From an uncultured delta proteobacterium (lineage in GTDB: Bacteria > Desulfobacterota > Binatia > UBA9968), in the NCBI GenBank assembly GCA_963745835.1, contig CAVUZH010000015.1, positions 32,001 through 96,000 on the forward strand: a DNA stretch of 64,000 bases, in the 5' to 3' direction. Position 1 is the first letter of the stretch; every line of letters begins with the position of its first letter. A program made the translations under genes and the position numbers. The notes beneath the pieces are model-generated. The model worked only from the letters and a program-made list of their open reading frames with translations, did not search any database and was not told where the DNA came from. Positions 59,396-64,000 of the stretch are shown one piece after another.

Positions 59396-60424
59396 CTAGC
59401 GCAAGCTAAAGATCTGCTTCCAAAGCTGTTCGTACCTGGAGAACTCCCGGTATTCTTTCTCGCCCAGGCCGTAGACGGTTTTGAGCCCGATAGCCTCGGC
59501 GGGCTCGACTTTCGGATTCGCCGGCACCCGCCCCTCGATACCGAACGCCTTTTGCCCTTCGTCCGAAGCCGCCCAGCGATGAAACAACCACGCGGTGTTT
59601 GGGTGAGGCGCGTTTTTGAAGACGGCGGTGGCGCTGATCAAGCCGACGCCGAAACTGCGCATGTAATTCAATGGCGCTCCCTTCTGCATTCTTGGCAGCA
59701 GATGATGGGTGTAACAGGTTAAGCAGACCGCGCCCTGCCCAGCCGTCAGCAGTTCCGCCAACTGCGGGTGGCCACTATGAAACTCGACATTATTGGCGGC
59801 AATTTTTTTAAACAACTCGATCGCTTTATCGCTGCTTTTATATCTCTGTTCGGCAAAGGCGATCAAAAATTCGGCGTCACGAGGTTCGGCCAACAGCTTG
59901 CCTTTCCATTTCGCATCGGCAAACTCTTCGAAACTCTTAGGCTCGTCCGATTTACTCACCAGTTGCGTATTCCAGGCCGCCACCAACGTGTTGAAACGGG
60001 TCGCGATCCAATAGGAACCCTTGAGATGATTTGAAAACACGTCGGCTTCCGCCGGCAGCTTCTCCAGCACCAAGCCTTGCTCATGCAGCTGCATGATGTT
60101 TTCCAGGTTCATGTGAAAAACATCGCCAATGGTTCTGCCGCCGCGCGCCTCGGAAATCGCCCGGGCGACGATCTTGTCGGAACTTGCTCCGGTGTTGACC
60201 GTCTTGAGACCGGGAAAACGTTTCTCGAATAGCGGCAGAACTTTAGCCGCAGTGTCCGGGGTTAAAGTACCGTAGACGTTGAGCGCGCCGCCCTCCTTCA
60301 ACGCCCGTTGATAAGTCTCTTCGATACTCTGGGCATTGACCGGCAAAGAGTAGATCAGCGTCGCCGCAGAAAGGATGATGCAAAACAATAATTTCCGTAC
60401 CGCTGCTTGGCCGATTAGCCGCAT
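59396..60424 (-). CDS. Extracellular solute-binding protein (Fe/thiamine-type)
   Basis: Signal peptide; ALKEGGALNVYG, AWNTQLV, APHPNTA and SDEGQ. Confidence 0.9.
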   Translation of the reverse strand: MRLIGQAAVRKLLFCIILSAATLIYSLPVNAQSIEETYQRALKEGGALNVYGTLTPDTAAKVLPLFEKRFPGLKTVNTGASSDKIVARAISEARGGRTIGDVFHMNLENIMQLHEQGLVLEKLPAEADVFSNHLKGSYWIATRFNTLVAAWNTQLVSKSDEPKSFEEFADAKWKGKLLAEPRDAEFLIAFAEQRYKSSDKAIELFKKIAANNVEFHSGHPQLAELLTAGQGAVCLTCYTHHLLPRMQKGAPLNYMRSFGVGLISATAVFKNAPHPNTAWLFHRWAASDEGQKAFGIEGRVPANPKVEPAEAIGLKTVYGLGEKEYREFSRYEQLWKQIFSLR

Positions 60425-60700
60425 TGGCGTCTCCTATTTGAAGAATGAGACTTCGTAACAGAGGGTGTTTCAAGTTGTCAAGATAAGAACCGTCAGATGG
60501 TCAATCGTCAACAGGACATCGGCGTTTGTGATTGCAATCTAATACGAGCTGAATTTTGAAAGTTAAAGGTCAAAAGACGGCAACGAGCTTTTTGATACAA
60601 GCGCCAGATTGCAGCCACCACCAGTCGGCGGCTCAGGTTTGCAAAGCCTACGGAGCGATGTTAATCACAGTGCGACTGCTTGAATTCGCTACTTCAATCC

Positions 60701-61198
60701 ATGACCCGACTACATTCTGTGAGTCTCCTGCTGCATCTCCTGGCGCTGGCCATGTGGCTCGGCGGGATAGCTTTTTTTCTGATCGTTTTTGGACCGGCGG
60801 TGCACGATTTAAAGGCTGGGCTGGGTTTAAGACTTTTGAACCGCGGGCGGATAACCTTTGAATTGCTGTCCTGGACAGCGATCGGGCTGTTAGTCGTTAC
60901 AGGAATACTGAACCTGGTCCTGCGCAGCCAAATGACCGGCGCTCACCTGGGACAGTATTATCTGACGATTCTGTCAGTCAAGCTGCTGCTCTTTGTCGCG
61001 ATGGTGGTTCATCATGCGCTGCAAGTGTTCAAGTATGGCCCTAAGATCGCTTCCAATACCAATCAGGCAGCAATCACCACAGACTCGTGGCCGGAAGCTT
61101 TACGCGCGGACTGGCAAAAATGGTTTATGCTGCTAAAGATCAACGCTACGATCGGCCCAATCGCAACCTTACTGGGCCTGGCACTCGTCAGGCGTTAA
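60701..61198 (+). CDS. CopD/DUF4149-like 4-TM membrane protein
   Basis: LHLLALAMWLGG, VTGILN and VKLLL..HH. Confidence 0.8.
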   Translation: MTRLHSVSLLLHLLALAMWLGGIAFFLIVFGPAVHDLKAGLGLRLLNRGRITFELLSWTAIGLLVVTGILNLVLRSQMTGAHLGQYYLTILSVKLLLFVAMVVHHALQVFKYGPKIASNTNQAAITTDSWPEALRADWQKWFMLLKINATIGPIATLLGLALVRR

Positions 61199-61241
61199 AC
61201 GCGGTATGCGAGCATAACGGGCGCTCTACAAATTACGAACT

Positions 61242-61321
61242 CACCACGAACCGCAGGTCACGAAGGCTTTGACGGGTACCGGATATTCTTAAGCTTCGTG
61301 CTGTTCGTGACCTCGGTGGTG
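61242..61321. repeat. CACGAA periodic inverted repeat
   Basis: caccacgaaccgcaggtcacgaagg ... cttcgtgctgttcgtgacctcggtggtg, between convergent genes. Confidence 0.6.
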
Positions 61322-61386
61322 AAAGTCATGTCCTATTTACTTCCGTCTGATATCTCAACTGTCATATCTTTCGTCAAATCGGTTCG

Positions 61387-62361
61387 CTACTTCCGGTTCA
61401 ATTCCTGGATGAATCCGCTGTCCTCGAGTTGCTTTACAAACCGCAGATCCATGAAAGTCTCAGGATTGAAGTTCTTGGCGCGGGGATCGCGAGTCGCGAC
61501 CTGATCCAAGACAAATCGTATTCCGCCGATTGTCGGATAGGGCACGCTGGCTAGCTTGGGCGCGTAAAAATCCACCGTGGAGTTCAGAATTTCAGGATCT
61601 TTGATGCCGGTGTATTTGCTGGTTACCTGCTTCGCCAGCTCGCGATTGTTTTTGTATAGGGCGATAGACTCGGTATAGGCGCGCACGAATCTCTGGACAA
61701 GATCCGGCTGTTCTTTGATGAAAGTTTTCTTGGTGACAATCCCGACAAAGGGGAACTCCAGGCCCAGCGCGGCGATGTCGGCGATTTCCTTATAGCCCAA
61801 CTTCTTGGCATGATCCGTAAACGGATCAGCCAATGCGCCGGCGGCAATCCGCCCGGATTGAATGCCGCCCATAATCCCCGCATAGTCTTCCAACTGGACT
61901 AGAGCCACATCTTTCTCCGGTTGCAGCCCCGCTTTTCTGATCGCGAAACGCGCGGATATATCGGTGTTGGAACCGTAGCGCGTCACCCCGATTGCTTTGC
62001 CCTTGAGCTCTTCCATTTTGGAAACCTTGCCCATGATCACGATGGGCGTAGTGTTCAGAGCAACGGCGACCATCGTGACGTCAAAGCCAGCGACACCTGC
62101 CGCGAGAGCGGCCGGACCCCCCATTTGCGCTAACTGGATCTCTCCGGCGACTAACGCCTGGCCCATTGTCGACCCGCTACGTATGTAAGCGACCTCAGTG
62201 CGCAAACCATTTTTCTCGAACAGACCAGCTTCACGAGCCAGCCAAAGGACTGCATGCGGTCCTGACGTGGCAGCGTATCCCGACATCACCCGAGTTAATG
62301 GTTGCGCTGTGACATCGCTGGTCGATAGCAGCAAAAAAAATGCTATCCAGAGTCGGCTCAT
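61387..62361 (-). CDS. NitT/TauT-family ABC substrate-binding protein
   Basis: LWLAREAGLFEKNGL, LKGKAIGVTRYGS and LEDSGFI. Confidence 0.9.
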   Translation of the reverse strand: MSRLWIAFFLLLSTSDVTAQPLTRVMSGYAATSGPHAVLWLAREAGLFEKNGLRTEVAYIRSGSTMGQALVAGEIQLAQMGGPAALAAGVAGFDVTMVAVALNTTPIVIMGKVSKMEELKGKAIGVTRYGSNTDISARFAIRKAGLQPEKDVALVQLEDYAGIMGGIQSGRIAAGALADPFTDHAKKLGYKEIADIAALGLEFPFVGIVTKKTFIKEQPDLVQRFVRAYTESIALYKNNRELAKQVTSKYTGIKDPEILNSTVDFYAPKLASVPYPTIGGIRFVLDQVATRDPRAKNFNPETFMDLRFVKQLEDSGFIQELNRK

Positions 62362-62460
62362 TTTGCCCTCCCTTACTTGATTCTCAGGTCTCTATCGCAG
62401 TATAGGATTAAGCCATCAGCGTCAATCTTGTTGCCGGGCATACAAACAAAGGAGCTGCGA

Positions 62461-63447
62461 ATGAAATACGGCCGTCACTTTTTAGCCGCGAGCCTAATTG
62501 CTCTCGGAGTGCTGTGCCAATCCGCCATTGCTCGTGCGGCAAACATCAACGTCGTTTGGACCAGCGAAGTCGGCCAGTTCGCGCCGCTCTGGATTACCAA
62601 GGAAGCCAAACTGTTTGAAAAGTACGGCAATCAAGTTCAGCTCATTTTCATCCAAGGCGCCGCATCAGCCGCTGCCGCGTTGTCTTCCGGCGACGCTCAA
62701 GTCGGCATGTTCTCGCCGCAGGTAGTAATTTCGACGCCGGCATTGGAACTGGTCATGTTCGGCCGGCTTGGCAACACCATGGACAATCGTATTTACGCCA
62801 GGAAAGGCATCAAGAGCCTCAAGGAAGTCAAACGCATCGCCATCAGCCGCTTCGGCAGCAACGCCGACTTTGCCGCGCGTTATCTCTTGCAGCGCGAAGG
62901 ACTCAGACCCGATACCGATGTGGCGTTACTGCAGGTCGGCAATCAGGCCAATCGAATTGCCGCAGTCGAGACCGCCAACGCCGACGCCGCCATGCTCACC
63001 CCGCCGATGACCTTACAAGCGCGCAAGCTCGGATTTTCCCTGATCGCCGACGCATCCAAGCTCGGTATCCCTTATTCCAGTCTGTTCTTCGTGTCACGCC
63101 GGCCTTATCTTGCAAAGAATCGCGCCGATCTGGTGAATTTCACCAAAGCCATGATCGAAGGGGTACACTATTATAAAGCCAACAAAGAATTCAGCATGAA
63201 AGTCATCGGCAAATACATGAAAGTCCAAGACCGGGAAGTGATCGAAGAAAATTTCCGCGAATATGATTTCCCTTTGAAACCTTACCCTGCCAAAGAATAT
63301 TATGATTTGCCGATCCAGGAAGTCGGCAAGAAGGATCCGAAAATCCTCAAGGAAGATCCTGAGCGTTTCGCCGACCAGTCTCTGGTCAAAGAACTCGATG
63401 CCAGCGGCTTTATCGACAAGTTGACTAAGGAATATAAAGTCAAATAA
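62461..63447 (+). CDS. NitT/TauT-family ABC substrate-binding protein
   Basis: AGGAG RBS before ATG 62461; LWITKEAKLFEKYG, ISRFGS and ELDASGFIDKL. Confidence 0.9.
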   Translation: MKYGRHFLAASLIALGVLCQSAIARAANINVVWTSEVGQFAPLWITKEAKLFEKYGNQVQLIFIQGAASAAAALSSGDAQVGMFSPQVVISTPALELVMFGRLGNTMDNRIYARKGIKSLKEVKRIAISRFGSNADFAARYLLQREGLRPDTDVALLQVGNQANRIAAVETANADAAMLTPPMTLQARKLGFSLIADASKLGIPYSSLFFVSRRPYLAKNRADLVNFTKAMIEGVHYYKANKEFSMKVIGKYMKVQDREVIEENFREYDFPLKPYPAKEYYDLPIQEVGKKDPKILKEDPERFADQSLVKELDASGFIDKLTKEYKVK

Positions 63448-63501
63448 CGAGCCAACAGAGTAGCCGGTTGTATCACACAGCGGAAATCTGAGGAGGATCC
63501 T

Positions 63502-64000
63502 ATGGCGACAGTTCGAGGCGCAACGCTTCTCGGTCCGGATAAGCTGGAGCTTCGCGAGTATCCCATGCCCGACATCCCTGCCGATGGGGGGCTGGTCAAA
63601 GTGGAGATGGGCGGCGTTTGCGGCACGGATGTGAAGTATCTGCACGGTAAGCTCAAAATCGATTATCCAATCATTCTTGGACACGAAATTCTCGGTCGGG
63701 TGGAGAAGCTCGGCAAGAACGCCGCGGCGATTCACCACGTCAAAGAAGGCGACCGCATCATTCTAAAGGGCGCTCTGGGCTGCGGCCGCTGCTCGGATTG
63801 CCGGCGCAACAACCAGCGCTTTTGCCGTCAGCGGACCAACTACGGCGGCCGAACCAAATGCGATCAACCGCCACACCTGTTCGGCGGCTTTGCGGATTAC
63901 ATTTACCTGGCCCCTGACGTTCTTGCCACCAAGGTAAGCGATGCGTTGCCCGCCGAAGCGGCGGCGCTAATCGGCTCGGTGATGGCCAACGGCTTTCAAT
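63502..64000 (+). CDS. Zinc-dependent alcohol dehydrogenase (partial, runs off the window)
   Basis: AGGAGG RBS; GVCGTD, ILGHE, GDR and CGRCSDC...C motifs (manual translation). Confidence 0.9.
   Translation, partial: MATVRGATLLGPDKLELREYPMPDIPADGGLVKVEMGGVCGTDVKYLHGKLKIDYPIILGHEILGRVEKLGKNAAAIHHVKEGDRIILKGALGCGRCSDCRRNNQRFCRQRTNYGGRTKCDQPPHLFGGFADYIYLAPDVLATKVSDALPAEAAALIGSVMANGFQ

Overview
Gene-dense bacterial window with moderate-to-high GC. Its content (many NitT/TauT-type solute-binding proteins, amidohydrolase, UbiD, short-period intergenic repeats) resembles soil Deltaproteobacteria-like lineages such as Ca. Binatia; this taxonomy is inference only. It holds: a decaying accessory region of small genes (about 1.3-9 kb); several ABC and Tct transport loci; a CoA-transferase/citryl-CoA-lyase pair; an exported SET-domain protein; a putative aromatic-catabolism cluster (enolase-superfamily enzyme, heme-oxygenase-like diiron enzyme, gentisate-dioxygenase-like bicupin, UbiD); and a complete aa3-type cytochrome c oxidase operon. 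No rRNA, tRNA or CRISPR array was seen. The strongest signals missed by the ORF track are four. (1) Two ORFs at 57.7-59.4 kb are in frame across a TGA that forms a GH-U-STC (UxxC) motif followed by a SECIS-like hairpin, i.e. a probable ~550-aa selenoprotein. (2) A second Sec-type codon (YCS-U-PNE, rhodanese-like) with its own hairpin lies at the left edge. (3) An orphan ~360-nt promoter-to-terminator unit at 46.0-46.4 kb folds into a ~180-nt rod with a branched tip, a candidate novel ncRNA. (4) Several families of 7-9-bp periodic inverted repeats occur between genes. Several genes carry single-base indels, probably sequencing errors.
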